A program made the translations under genes and the position numbers. This document shows, piece by piece, positions 36,600-49,126 of a DNA stretch of 64,000 bases. Source of the stretch: Hypanus sabinus (Eukaryota); the NCBI RefSeq assembly GCF_030144855.1, contig NC_082726.1, forward strand, positions 30,938,001-31,002,000, in the 5' to 3' direction. The notes beneath the pieces are model-generated. The model saw only the letters and a list, made by a program, of their open reading frames with translations, was not told where the DNA came from and ran no database searches. Within the stretch, counting starts at the first letter, position 1, and every line of letters begins with the position of its first letter.

Positions 36600-37550
36600 A
36601 TGCAACGTAGATTTATGTAGGGAATTATTGAATAGTTAAACTTCTGATACTGATTCGGAAATTTAAAAGTCCTGCACCTCTTGAATCAAATGGAACAATT
36701 TCTGAGAGCCATTTTTCAAAATCATTCTAAGACGAGCGGGGTAACGAAGAGGGTTTAAAACCTTTATTATACAATTCCGACATAACCTTTTTAAACTTGA
36801 AGTGTTCATTCAACACCTTGGGTGAAAAATCCTCCACAACTCTGATCTTTTGGCCTTCATAATCAATCATACCTTTCCGACGAGATTCACAAATTAAAAG
36901 TTCCTTTGTTTGAAAGTCATGAAGACAGATTATCACTGAGCGGGGTCATTCTCCTGGAGGAGGTCTTGGTACTGGCAATCTACGAGCTCAGTCTGTTTTA
37001 GGTGGAGATTTTAAAATATTTGGAAATAAGTTAGCCAAAAGGTTTGCAAAAAATTCCAAAGGTTGATTGCCTTCCATTGACACTTTAAAACCCAGAATTC
37101 ATAAATTAGTTCTTCTGCTTCTATTTTCTAAGTCGATAATCTTCTGTCTTAATTTTTCATTAACCTTTGACTGTTTATCACAGATCTTTTCCAGGTCATC
37201 AGTCTTTGTGTCTAACATCGTCAAAGTGTCTTCATTCTCTTTTATCCATTTATTGTATTTACTTGAAGTTTTTTGAATAGAATCCAATTTTACATCCATT
37301 CGGTTAAATTCAGTGCTGAATTGCCAGAATTTCTGCAGGAACTCCTCCGAAAGTTCATTTTTATGCTTTCGAAGTGTCTCCATAATAGATTCCAAAGTTA
37401 TAGGAGGGTCCTCTTCTTTTTTAGTAGCTTTGGAACCCCTCATCGTAAAACAATATTGTGTTTAAAAGTAAGTTTTCAAAAAAAGTTGGAAACAGTAAAT
37501 TAAGTAGAGTAGGAGCAGCTATAAAAACATTGCTACTCCATCGACAGCCA
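36600..37550 (-). mobile_element. L1-clade 5' fragment (degraded ORF1)
   Basis: KIIDLENRSRRTNL and IRVVEDFS motifs in ORFs 37099-37443 and 36727-36936. Confidence 0.8.
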
Positions 37551-37849
37551 GTAGAGTGCTGCAGTAGAGTAAAGTTTTGGGCCAGGACCCTTCTTTATGA
37601 CTGAGAAGGAAGGGGGGAAATGCCAGAATAAAAAGGTGGGGGGAGTGGAAGGAGGCTAGCTGGAAGGTAAAAGGTGAAGCCAGGTGGATGGGAAAGGTCA
37701 AGGGCTGGAGAAAAAGGAAACTAATAGGAGTGGACAGTAGACCACAGGAGAAAGGGAAGGTGGAAGTGAATAGAAGAGTGGGGAATTGAGTGGGACATAC
37801 AATGAATTTGGAGGCCCCGGGGGAGTGTAAAAGAGGGACCTAACAGTAC

Positions 37850-38610
37850 AAGTCCAAAAGCAGTGTCACGTTTGACAGGGTAGTGAAGAACGTGTTTGTC
37901 ATGCTGTCCTTCACCAGTCAGAGCAATGAGTGTAAGAGTTGGGAAGTTATGCTGCAGTTATATAAGACTTTGCTGAGGCTGCATTTGGGGTGTTGTGTAG
38001 AGTTTTAGTTACCCTGTTATAGGAAAGATGTTATTAAACTAGAAAAAGAGAGCAGAATAGATTTAACCAGGATGTTGCCCGGAGTTGGGGCCTGAATGAC
38101 ATGGAGAGGTTGCACAGACTAGGAGACTGAGGATTGACCTGATCATAAGGGGCATCGACAGGGTGAAATCACACAGTCTTTTTCCCAGGAAAGGGGGTGC
38201 AGAAAGCAAGACTGCATTGGTTTAAGATCAGAGACGAGAGATTTAAAAGAAACATCAACGGCAGCTCTTCACGCAAATGGTGGTAAATATCTGGAATGAG
38301 CTGCTAGGAATCATGGTCAAGGCAGGAACTTTAGCCACATTTAAAAGCCACCTAGAGAAGTATATAGATAGGAGAGGATTAGAGAGCAATGGGTCAAACA
38401 CAGGCAGATATTGGCATGGGCAAAATGGTTTATTATTGTCACGTGTACCAAGGTACAGTGAAAAACTTGTCTTGGATACTGCTCATACACAGTATTTCAT
38501 TGCAACGATGCATTGAGGTAGCAGAAGGTAAAGCAGTGACATATTGCAGAACAAAGTAATACAGAATAAGATGGGCTGAAAGGCCTGTTTCCATGCTGTA
38601 TGACTCTACC
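37850..38610 (+). mobile_element. CR1 LINE 3' fragment
   Basis: VMLQLYKTLLRLHL, VVNIWNEL; ends gggctgaaaggcctgtttccatgctgtatgactcta. Confidence 0.75.
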
Positions 38611-38899
38611 TTGCTCTTCTGGACATTTGTTCTCCCCTTCAATACATCCACCCATCCTGTTTCTATGCTGTGTGATTCCATAATTCTATCACTCTCCCAA
38701 GTCTTCCTTTCCTCCCCAGTCCTCTCAACCAACGAGTAAGATCTTTGGGTCCGCTACACCCTCATTAAGCTCCAGTGTTTGCCAAAAAGTATTTCCCTTT
38801 CAGAAGTTCATGTTGACTGTGTCTAGTCCTATTAATATTTTTACCATTTCCTTTTTTTACATCGTTTTTACAGTTTTAAGATAGCACCATGTTTACTAT

Positions 38900-39447
38900 G
38901 AACTATAGAGGTTTGAGAGGTGGCACCCAGTTCTGGCTGGGTTCCATATGAGTGCTAAAAGCAAGCATGAAAATTGACGACTGTGATTGGCTGGAAGAGC
39001 TGAATGGACAATCTTTCTGGCCTTCCTTCATTTCACATGGAAGACCTCCTCGTCAGAATTGGCAGCAAAAGAAAGCAAGTTGGATTTAACTTCCAGAGAA
39101 ATAGAGAGGAGAAAGGGAACCATTCTGAGAAGATAATGTTAGAGTTGTCATGGGGATATGAGCAAAGGCCATGACTTTTGGGAAGTTAGAGGGTATGAAT
39201 ACAAAGTGTAAAGGCTGTACAGTTCGGGGCAAATTGACACATCAGCAGGTCAGGTTGTCTAATGGTGAGAAAAACTGAAATAACTAGTTCTAAGGCAGAC
39301 AGTGCAAGATACCTGAAGTTGGAGAATTCATTACTGAGTTGGGAGAGCAGCAATACGTCCAGATTTGTACTTGCACTGTTTGTCAAGGTTACATTCGACT
39401 TGACAACAACCATTCCCTCAATGTCAGCAATCAAAGGAGCTAGCCAT
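38900..39447 (-). pseudogene. Possible degraded class A GPCR-like N-terminus, TM1 and TM2
   Basis: NVT sequon, hydrophobic FRYLALSALELVISVFLTI, then NLT and HIPMTTLTL in an adjacent frame; weak. Confidence 0.2.
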
Positions 39448-39539
39448 TGTCTTCAGGAAGGGGGGGGGGGGGGGAAAGTGACGCAATGCTCCTGCTTACA
39501 ACAATGGCATTGCGGGTGAGAGGGGTGGGAGCTTCAAGC

Positions 39540-40170
39540 TCCTACGAGCGAACAGCTCCAAAAACCTGTCCTGTAATCTACAATGACAAAGAAAGCTCAG
39601 CATCACCTCTACTTCCTCAGGAGGTTAAATATATTCGGCATGCCCTCAATGTTCCCTAACCATTTTTTATCAACGCACCATAGGAGGTATCCTATCTGGG
39701 TGCATAATGTCTTGGTATGTCAACTGTTCTGTACGCGACTGCAAGAAATGGCAGAGAGTTGTGGCCCCAGCTCAGCACATCACGGAAACCAGTCTCACCC
39801 CAAATAGACTACGTCAATACTTCTTGCTGCCTGCATAATTAAAGACCCAACACACTCTGGGCATTCTCAGTTTTTCATTCACCCCTTCCCACCCATCAGG
39901 CAGAAGATACAAAGGCTTGAAAGCATGAACTACCAGGCTCAAGGAGAACTTCTGCCCTATTGTTATTGAATGGTTCCCTAGTATGTTATGAAAGACCCTT
40001 GACCTCTTTGTGGCTTTGCACCTCATTGTTTGTCTCCACTACACCTTCTCTGTAGCTGTTCCACTTTATTTTTTACCTTGTACTACTTCCGTGTACTATG
40101 CAATGATCTGGTCTGAATGAACAGTATGCAAGACAATCTTTTCACTACGTCTCAATACATGTGACAATAA
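39540..40170 (+). mobile_element. Rex1/Babar LINE 3' fragment
   Basis: KKAQHHLYFLRRLNIFG; PSGRRYKG; aataataaagcaattc tail. Confidence 0.8.
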
Positions 40171-40779
40171 TAAAGCAATTCTAATCTCAAACACTGCAAA
40201 AGGCCGCAGACCAACAGACTGAAATGAGAGTAGACAAGGATGGAGCTGTTGGAGGACATCGTGTCGAGGCCTGAGACTGGAAAACATATCCTTGCTCAGC
40301 TCCATTACTCCACACCAACTAAAGCAACAAGCAAGTTTAAAGCAGAGCAGAAAATGAACCCCGGGTTCTTCTCAGTGCCAGCCAAGAACTCCCACCAGAG
40401 ATCACCCCATCTGCCTGTGTTTGATCAGTCTCCCTCACTTCCCGCTGGAGGTGCAGGAGTCCGGGGTCCCATGCTGCCAGGTTTGAGAGTAGTGGTTGCC
40501 ATGCATCCATCCGGCGCCTGGACCAGCATCACTGACTCCGCAGCCTGTAGACTTACTGTCATGACTCTGCAGCTCATATCCTAAGTTTTACTTTTTTTCA
40601 CTATTTGCACGATTTGTCCTTTTTTGCATGTTGAATGTGAATGTGGTGTTTCATGGATTCTATTGTGTTTCTCCGTTTTGTGGGTGCCAAATCTCAAGGT
40701 TGTATCTGGCACACACACTTAATAATAAATTTGAATTTTGAACTTTAAGTTAAAGTAGTAGGAAATAGAGAGCTCTTTT

Positions 40780-40990
40780 ACCTTGCAGACTGAGCACCAG
40801 TCACCAAATCTGCTTCCAGTTTCTCCAGTGTAAAGGAGTGTACATCGGATACAGGACCCTAGATCGCTAGATTAAGGAGGTGCAAGGAGATCACTGCTTC
40901 ACTCAGAGGAACGTCTGGAACTGAGATGGTGGGAGTGGAAGTAATAAAAGAACATATAGTATCTCGTGAAGAGATTGAGGAGAATGGAAG
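40780..40990 (-). mobile_element. Penelope GIY-YIG endonuclease fragment
   Basis: Minus-strand CIRCTLLYTGETGSRFGD. Confidence 0.6.
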
Positions 40991-42059
40991 AGCAGGAAAG
41001 AGAGTGGCAAAGCCCATAACAATTAGGCCCTTTTGGCCCATCAAGTCTGCTCCATCATTCCATCATGGTTGACTTATTATCTCCCTCAACCCCGTTCTCC
41101 TGCCTTCTCCCTATAACCTTTGACATCCTTACTAAGCAAGAACCTAATAACCTCTACTTTAAATTCACTCAGTGACTTGGCCTCCACAGCCATTTGTAGC
41201 AATGAATTCCATGGATCCAAATTCAAGTTATTGGTACCCAACCATACACATGTAGACAGCTAAATGAAATGTTGTTCCTTTGAGGCTGAGGTGCCAAATT
41301 CAAAGTATATTGATTATCAAAATCTGAATGCAGTATACAACCCTGAGATTTGTCTTCCCCACAGACAGCCACGAAACAAAGAAAAGCATCAACCTCCCCC
41401 GCCCCAGCAACATGCTAAAAAAAAACCAAGTCACACAAATGACAACAGAAGAACAAACAAAAAACATAAGAATATAAAACACAAAATTGAAAGAGCCCAG
41501 GCATACTTAGTTCAGCTCAGGTTTGGTCATCTGCAGGCCACCACAATTCAAAAATGCCCAAAATAGCAACAAAAAAGGAGCAACCAAATGCCAGGGGCAT
41601 GTCATAAAATGAACTGCATCGATTAAACCTTGCCCGAGACCCCAGCTCTGGTACCACCCTCCGACGGCATCCAGGGAGAGGGAGAGAGACCTTTCAAATA
41701 CAGCGGCCTTCCTTCCGGAGCAGTGAGCAAAAGAGAGAGAGGGAGACTATCACATGCAGACACCTTCCTCTGTCAGCACCAAACGAGAGGGTGGTAGATG
41801 GCACTGAACACCTGCCTGGCCTCACAGTACATAGTCACCCACAGCGCACATAGTGACAATCCAGCACATACGGTCACAAAATAATATTAACACCACCCTG
41901 AATAGCATGGCCTGAGGACTGACAGGTTGACATAAAGTGCAAGGTGAATGTTTATGTAAAACAATGTATTGTTACAGGCACTATTCAGTAGCAATAGAAG
42001 ATGAGAAGTGACTAATGCAGGATGAAAAGTGACTAATGCAGGATGAAAGAGAGTTTGTG

Positions 42060-43090
42060 AGTTGGCAGCACGAGGGTATTCAGACGTATTCTCCGTGTGG
42101 CAGCAGCCTGGGGGAAGAAGCTGTTACCCAGCTCGGCAGTTCCAGTTCTTATGTTGCGGTACCTTGTGCCCGATGGCAGGAGGTCAGAGAGATTGAGGGA
42201 AGGATGGGAGCCCTGTGTATGCAGTGCTTCTGATATATGTTCTGAATGGAGGGGGGGAGGGAAGAGAAGAGAGGAGGGAGGGGAGAGAGAGGGAGGGNNN
42301 NNNNNNNNNNNNNNNNNNNNNNNNNNNNNNNNNNNNNNNNNNNNNNNNNNNNNNNNNNNNNNNNNNNNNNNNNNNNNNNNNNNNNNNNNNNNNNNNNNNN
42401 NNNNNNNNNNNNNNNNNNNNNNNNNNNNNNNNNNNNNNNNNNNNNNNNNNNNNNNNNNNNNNNNNNNNNNNNNNNNNNNNNNNNNNNNNNNNNNNNNNNN
42501 NNNNNNNNNNNNNNNNNNNNNNNCAACAGTCTCCACTACCTGTTTGCAGGGTCTTGCGATCTGATGCATTGCAATTCCCATCCCAGGCGGTGATGCAGCT
42601 GGTCAGGGCACTCTCGATGGTGCTGTGGTAGAATGTGTGTGTGTGGCGGGGGGGGGGGGGGGGGGGAATCCTCATTTACCTCAATCGCCTCAGGAAATGG
42701 AGGTGCTACTGTGCTCTTTTGGCTAAAGAGGTGGTATTGAGGGACCGGATGAGATCGCCAGTAATGCGCACACCAAGAAACTTGGTCGTTGATGTGCAGT
42801 TGGAACTGGTCTGCCTGCACCTTCCTGATGTCTACAATCATCTCCTTGGTCCTGTCCACACTGAGACTCAGGTTGTTGTGTTTACAGCAGTCCATGAGCT
42901 GCACTGCCTTCTCATTGTATGCTGTTTCATCATTGGTGCTTATGAGGCCAACCACTGTTGCGTGGTCACCGTACTTAATGACGTGGTTAGAACTGGATTG
43001 GGCAGTACAGTTATGTGCTAGCAGTATGAAGAGCAGTGGCTAAGCATGCAGCCTGGGAGAGGCAGGCACACCAGTGCTCAGCACAATGGA
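42060..43090 (-). mobile_element. Rex1/Babar LINE fragment spanning the assembly gap
   Basis: VGLISTNDETAY...NNLSLSVDRTKEMIVD; FYHSTIESALTSCITAW; LPSGTRYR...GNSFFPQA. Confidence 0.8.
42298..42523. other. Assembly gap (226 N)
   Basis: Run of n next to a GA-rich tract. Confidence 1.
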
Positions 43091-44579
43091 GCCAGAGATT
43101 GTGGGATTCAATCCCCTCTGGCTAAAGAAATTCCTCCTTATAAATATGTTATAAAGGGACATCCACTTACTCCGAGGCTGTGCCCTCTGGTTCTAGACTC
43201 CCCCACAATAGGAAACGTCCTCAACATTTCCACTCTATCTTGACCAGGGGTTTCCACCCTGGGGTCCATGGACCCCTTGCTTAATTGTATGGGTCGATGG
43301 CATAAAAAGGATTGGGAACCTATGATATAGGCTTCCCATATTCTAAAGGTTTCAATGAGACCCCCCCCCCCCCCCCCCACCAGCATTCTTCTAAATTCCA
43401 GTGATGGACTCTTCATCTCATGTTATCGATACGTATTGCTTATTTATTTATTATTATTCTTTCTTTTTGTATTTTCACAGTGTTTTTGTCTTGTACACTG
43501 CGTGGATAGCCAATGGCGTCTTTCATTGATTCTGTTATGGTTTTATTGAATGTACCTGCAAGACAATAAATCTCAGCGTTGTATATGGTGACAAACAGTG
43601 CCTATAAAAAGTATTCATCCCCCCTCTTGGAAGTTTTCATGTTTTATTGTTTTACAACATTGAATCACAGTGGATTTAATTTGGCTTTTTTGACACTGAT
43701 CAACAGAAAAAGACTCTTTTGTATCAAAGTGAAAACAGATTTCTACAAACTGATCTAAATTAATTACAAATATAAAACACAAAATAATTGATTGCATGAG
43801 TATTTCCCCCCTTAAGGATATTCACCTTTAGCAGATGCACCTTCAGCAGCAATTACAGCCTTAAGTCTGTGTGGATAGATCTACACAGCTTTGCACATCT
43901 AGACACTGCAATTTATCCCCATTCTTTTTTACTAAACTGCTCAAGATCTGTCAGATTGCTTGGGGATCGTAAGTGAACAGCCCTTTTCAGGTCCAGCCAC
44001 AAATTCTCAATTCTATTGAGGTCTGGGCTCAGACTTGACCATGCCCGGACATTAACATTGTTGTTTTTAAGCCATTCCTGTGTGGCTTTGGTTTTATGCT
44101 TGGGATCATTGTCTTGCTGGAAAAGAAATCTTCTGCAAAGTCACAGTTCTCTTGCAGACTGCATCTGGTTTTCCTCCAGGATTTCCCTGTATTTTGCTGC
44201 ATTCAGTTTCCAGGGCCTGCTGCAGAGAAGCATCCCCACAGCATGATGCAGCCACCATCATATTTTACAGTAGGAATGGTGTGTTTTTATTTATGTGTGG
44301 TGTTTGGCTTATGCCCAAGGTAGTGTTTAGTCTGATGGCCAAAAAGCTCAATTTTGGTTTCATCAGATCTTAGAACCTTCCTCCAGCTGACTTCAGAGTC
44401 TCCCACATGCCTTCTGGCAAACTCTAGCTGAGATTTCAAATGAGATTTTTTTTCAACAGTGGCTTTCTTGTTGCCGCTGTCCCATAAAGCTGCAACTGAT
44501 GAATCACCCAGGCAACAGACTTTGTATGTTCAGTCTCTCCCATCTCAGCCGCTGAAGCTTATAACTCCTCCAGAGTTGT

Positions 44580-47500
44580 TGTAGAGTTCTTGCTCGGGTG
44601 TAAGAGAACGCCGAACTAAACACCGAGGTAAACCGTAGTCAATGAAAACAGGATCGCAGTAAGATTAACCATTTACTGTTCACTCTTCCTCATTAACATA
44701 TGGTGAAAACTGTTGACAAAACAATACAAGATTTGTACAGCATTTGTTTCCTTCTTGATATTGCATTTACATCATAAATACTTGCAAAAGTAAAACTACA
44801 ACAACTACATTGCATTAAAGTGCAGCATACAGTCAGAATCTACCTATGCCACTGACTGCTTTAAATACACTTCAACACAAACTATCCGCAACTCTTTAAC
44901 TAATGAAAACATAAACCTTATCAACCGTCATTACTTTTAACAGAATCAGCGTTAACATTTTAATTCAACATATCGATTATCTCATGAACTTACAGCGTTG
45001 CTTCACTATGTTTCTAATGTGTAGAGGACATCTTTTCTTGTGCTGATCTCGCACATGTGAACCCCCTCCTTCCTGCTTCTCCAAGCCGGTATTTTCCCAC
45101 AGGATGCGGCGAAACCGGATGTGACGTCATCACATGCCACGATATATCACAGACAACGAATTTACTTTAAACAATCCTAACTTTAACTAGAAAATGCTAA
45201 CAAACAAAATACTAAATATTATAAACTAAAGACATGCCATAAAGGCAACACACTCCCCACTTGACCTTCACAATGAACATAATACAAACTTTAGTCTCTA
45301 AATCAATTGTTAGGTAGAAGTAGAATGACTTCTGTAACTGGTAAATTTTCACATCACCTTGATTGGTAGTTTTCAACTCAACCTTCCTGACATGTCCATC
45401 CCTGCTAGGGAATGTAGCAGTGATTCTGGTCATTGGCCAGCAGTTGCGGGCGATTTGTTTGTCCCTGAGCAGGACTAAATCTCCAACTTGAAGATTCCTG
45501 CAGGGTTCTGTCCACTTTTGTCTGTGTTGCAACAAAGGTAGATATTCCTGTCTCCAAAGAGACCAGAACCGATTTGCCAGAGCCTGGACCTGTCTCCATT
45601 GCTTTGTGCACAAATCCTTATAAGAGAAGTCCCCTGGTGGAGGGGGGAGCTCCTGCCTTCTGCGTAAGGTGCATTGATGGTGAAAGTAGGAAGGGGTTTT
45701 CCGGGTCAGAAGACACAGGTAGGAGTGGTCGTGCATTGATAATGACTGTGACCTCTGCCATTACTGTGCACAGTAACTCGTGTGTCAATCAGGTGCGTTG
45801 CTGCATCTCAGGTTTCCTTTTCAGGGTTTTTTGCAAGGGCGTGAACCGCTCGACTGCCTGCTCTTTGTTGTTTGGCAAGCACTGGCGTGGTTCTCTGAAA
45901 GGTAGTGGGGCGACCCAATTATTTGCTTCATCTCTGAAGACCTTGGTGTCCATTATTTTTAATAAAATGGTGTTTTGATCTGATGGAGCAAGTTTGTTAT
46001 CATGCTTAGTTTGAGCGAAGACTGACTGACCCAGCATCTCTTCAGTTACTTTACGTTTGTTAAAGGCTTGTCGTGCTTCCTTAATACACGTGACACTTGT
46101 GCGGAGTTGAAAAATTGAATGGCGGCCACTCTCTAGCACATTGGTCTTGAGTGTGTTAACTGTTGATTTGTGTACATTGCCAGGACACAGCTCTCCTATC
46201 ACCACCCAGCCCAGATCCAGGCGTTGCACAAAGGGGGCGTCGTGTGGTCCATTGACCTGCTGCCTAACCTTGTGCACCCGGAGACCATCTCTTCCTAATA
46301 GCAGGAGTATTTCTGCTTTTGGATCCAGTTCTAGGATGTGTTTGGCGATGTGGTGGAGATGTGGCTGGTGTAGCACCGCACTTGGCGTCGGGATCTCAGT
46401 GCGGTTATTCAAAATTTCATTGCACTCTAAGAGTGGAGGGAGACAGATGACGACTTTACTATCCAGGGACTCGAGCTGGAAGCCTTCTGCCTTCCTTCCA
46501 TAAGTTTCCACGCTGCCTGAGCAAGTTCTAAGGTAGTATGGGAACTGATTACTCTCAATGTGGAACAAGTTAGAGAACTCTGGACTGACTAGTGAGCGAT
46601 TGCTCTGATCGTCCAGAATTACATAGGCTTTGATGGCCTTGTCTTTGGCTCCCTTAGGGTACACCTTAGTGAGGCAGATCTTTGAACAAGAACAGCTTGA
46701 CTGAGTTTGACCGCAAACTTCTGTACAGCTCGAGCTGACAATGGTTGTCCTGGAATGAGCCTCTCCCTCCCCGCCGTCCTGTTGTGGGGGTGAAGGAGCG
46801 TTGTCGGTTTGCGGTAATGGGCCGGGATGCATGGCCCCATTGTGATTAGTGCTATTACATTCCGGACACTTCATGGCAATCATACACTCTCTTGCAAAGT
46901 GAGAGGTCGAGGAACAGCATTTAAAACATATTCTTTTCTCCTTGAGAAGGGCCATCCTCTCTTCAAGGGATTTTTCCCTAAATGTTCTGCATTTTCTGAG
47001 GGGGTGGGGTTTGTTATGCAATGGACAATTCTTTCGAGGGTCGTTGTTAGTTGTAAAGGCTTCAGTCTTAAGCACTGAGACAGGTTTATTAATGTTGAAA
47101 TTATTCGAAGAGGATTTATCTGGCTTGGTGTAAATTGCACTGCTTCTTGGACCCATGATGCTAGGGTCGTTTTGCTTCTTCGCCTCCTTGCACACAAACC
47201 TAGTGAAATACTCAAAGGGAGGAAATCAACCATTGTGGTCTTCTTTGTACTCTGAGGCAACAGACACCCACCTGTCCTGCAGCACAAATGAAAGTTTGTC
47301 CACGATTTGTCTAATCCCGGATGGAGTATCTAGGTATACTAGACCAGTTGAGTAGCCATCTTCTTTGGCGCCTTGAATCTCCATGAGTAAATCTCCGAGC
47401 TCCCTTAACTTAGTGTGGTTCTTGGCTGACACCTTAGGAAAATTTTCCAGACGTCAGTATAGCGCCGCTTCAATAATTTCGGGGGCCGCATAGCCCTCCC

Positions 47501-49126
47501 GAAGTCTCTCCCATGCTTTGCTTAAGGCTAGCTCGGGTTTGTTGACGTACACTGAACGTATGCGTCTCACCTGTTCGCATGATTCTTTTCCCAGCCATTT
47601 CGCCATAAGATCCAACTCTTGGGTTGCTCTGAGCTGGATTCCGTCGATAGCGTTGGTGAATGTGGAGTACGGTCATTTTCAGGTTTATCGTCAAACTGGT
47701 ACAGTCCAGAAGTGACGAGATCCCTTCCTGCTAAATACCGTGCCATGGGTTCGACTGCAAGTGGCATGCGAGCTGGGGAAATATGTCGGCAGGTATATGA
47801 CCGAGGGCATACATCTGTTATGGAATTTGCTGTTTTGAATTTGGTCTTTGCCTCTCTTCTCCTCAAATCTGGTAAGTTTGGTGTTGAGAAGTATTTGTCA
47901 TGAGCCCTTTCACTCTTGAATTCATCGCGGAGTTGCAAGGGTTAATTGTCTTCCTCAGATGGATGAGATGTAATCAGGCCTTTCTGAGACTCCTCATGAA
48001 ATGGGACATTATCGATTAAGTATGGAGAGGAAGAACGAATCTTCCAGTCTTTTTGAGATCCGACGTAGTCACTTGTGCGTTCCAATCTGATCTTTTCTGA
48101 AGTAGATTTTACGTCAACCAGATCATGCATTTCTTCAGCATCTTCTATGAACCCTGCTTCCACCTTGGCAGCTTCTTCTTCTCGTTCCAGCATCAGCACT
48201 TCTTACTCTGACGCTATCCTTGCCCTTTCCAACTGGTTTTCGGCTTTTCTGGCAGCCGCTTCCATCTTCAATTTTGCTTCTTGTTTGGCGTAGCGCACTC
48301 GCACCTTGGCAGATTCTGCTTTAGCTCTTGCATGGGCGGCCTTACTTGATGATGCCCTACTGCCCCTGTCGCTGGATGGCAACATCTTAATGCTGGATCG
48401 AGTTGTCATTGCAGCACTTGAAACACCTGATAATGCCGCCTTTTCACTGTAGTGTTCTCGCTTGGGTGTAAAAGAACGCCGAACTAAACACCGAGGTAAA
48501 CCGTAGTCAACGAAAACAGGATCACAGTAAGATTAACCATTTACTGTTCACTCTTCCTCATTAACATATGGTGAAAACTGTTGACAAAACAATACAAGAT
48601 TTGTACAGCATTTGTTTCCTTCTTGATATCGCATTTACATTGTAAATACTTGCAAAAGTAAAACTACAACAACTACATTGCATTAAAGTGCAGCATACAG
48701 TCAGAATCTACCTACGCCATTGACTGCTTTAAATATACTTCAACACAAACTATCCGCAACTCTTTAACTAACGAAAACATAAACCTTATCAATCGTCATT
48801 ACTTTTAACAGAATCAGCGTTAACATTTTAATTCAACAAATCGATTATCTCATGAACTTACAGCATTGCTTCACTATGTTTCTAATGCGTAGAGGACATC
48901 TTTTCTTGCGCTGATCTCGCACATGTGAACCCCCACCTTCCTGTTTCTCCAAACCAGTATTTTCCCACAAGACGCAGTGAAACCGGATGTGACGTCATTG
49001 CATGCCGCGATATATCACAGACAACGAATTTACTTTAAACAATCCCAACTTTAACTAAAAAATGCTAACTAACGAATTACTAAGCGAAAATATTATAAAC
49101 TAAACACATGCCACAAAGGCAACACA
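44580..49126 (-). mobile_element. BEL/Pao LTR retrotransposon, younger and non-autonomous (RT and RNase H missing)
   Basis: LTRs 44580-45252 and 48448-49126 highly similar; 5-bp TSD gttgt; PPT ggtcaagtggggag; gag zinc knuckles, protease ILDDQSNRS, integrase C-terminus FWSLWRQEYL...VGDLVLL. Confidence 0.95.
45789..47195 (-). CDS. BEL/Pao gag-protease ORF segment (468 aa)
   Basis: CPLHNKPHPLRKC, CFKCCSSTSHFAREC, CPECNSTNH, AYVILDDQSN, LLLGRD, LGWVVIG, PLPFRE. Confidence 0.85.
   Translation of the reverse strand: MCKEAKKQNDPSIMGPRSSAIYTKPDKSSSNNFNINKPVSVLKTEAFTTNNDPRKNCPLHNKPHPLRKCRTFREKSLEERMALLKEKRICFKCCSSTSHFARECMIAMKCPECNSTNHNGAMHPGPLPQTDNAPSPPQQDGGEGEAHSRTTIVSSSCTEVCGQTQSSCSCSKICLTKVYPKGAKDKAIKAYVILDDQSNRSLVSPEFSNLFHIESNQFPYYLRTCSGSVETYGRKAEGFQLESLDSKVVICLPPLLECNEILNNRTEIPTPSAVLHQPHLHHIAKHILELDPKAEILLLLGRDGLRVHKVRQQVNGPHDAPFVQRLDLGWVVIGELCPGNVHKSTVNTLKTNVLESGRHSIFQLRTSVTCIKEARQAFNKRKVTEEMLGQSVFAQTKHDNKLAPSDQNTILLKIMDTKVFRDEANNWVAPLPFREPRQCLPNNKEQAVERFTPLQKTLKRKPEMQQRT

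Noticed and set aside
42033-42675. ORFs spanning the N run
   Set aside because: Artefacts of the gap; flanks are LINE fragments
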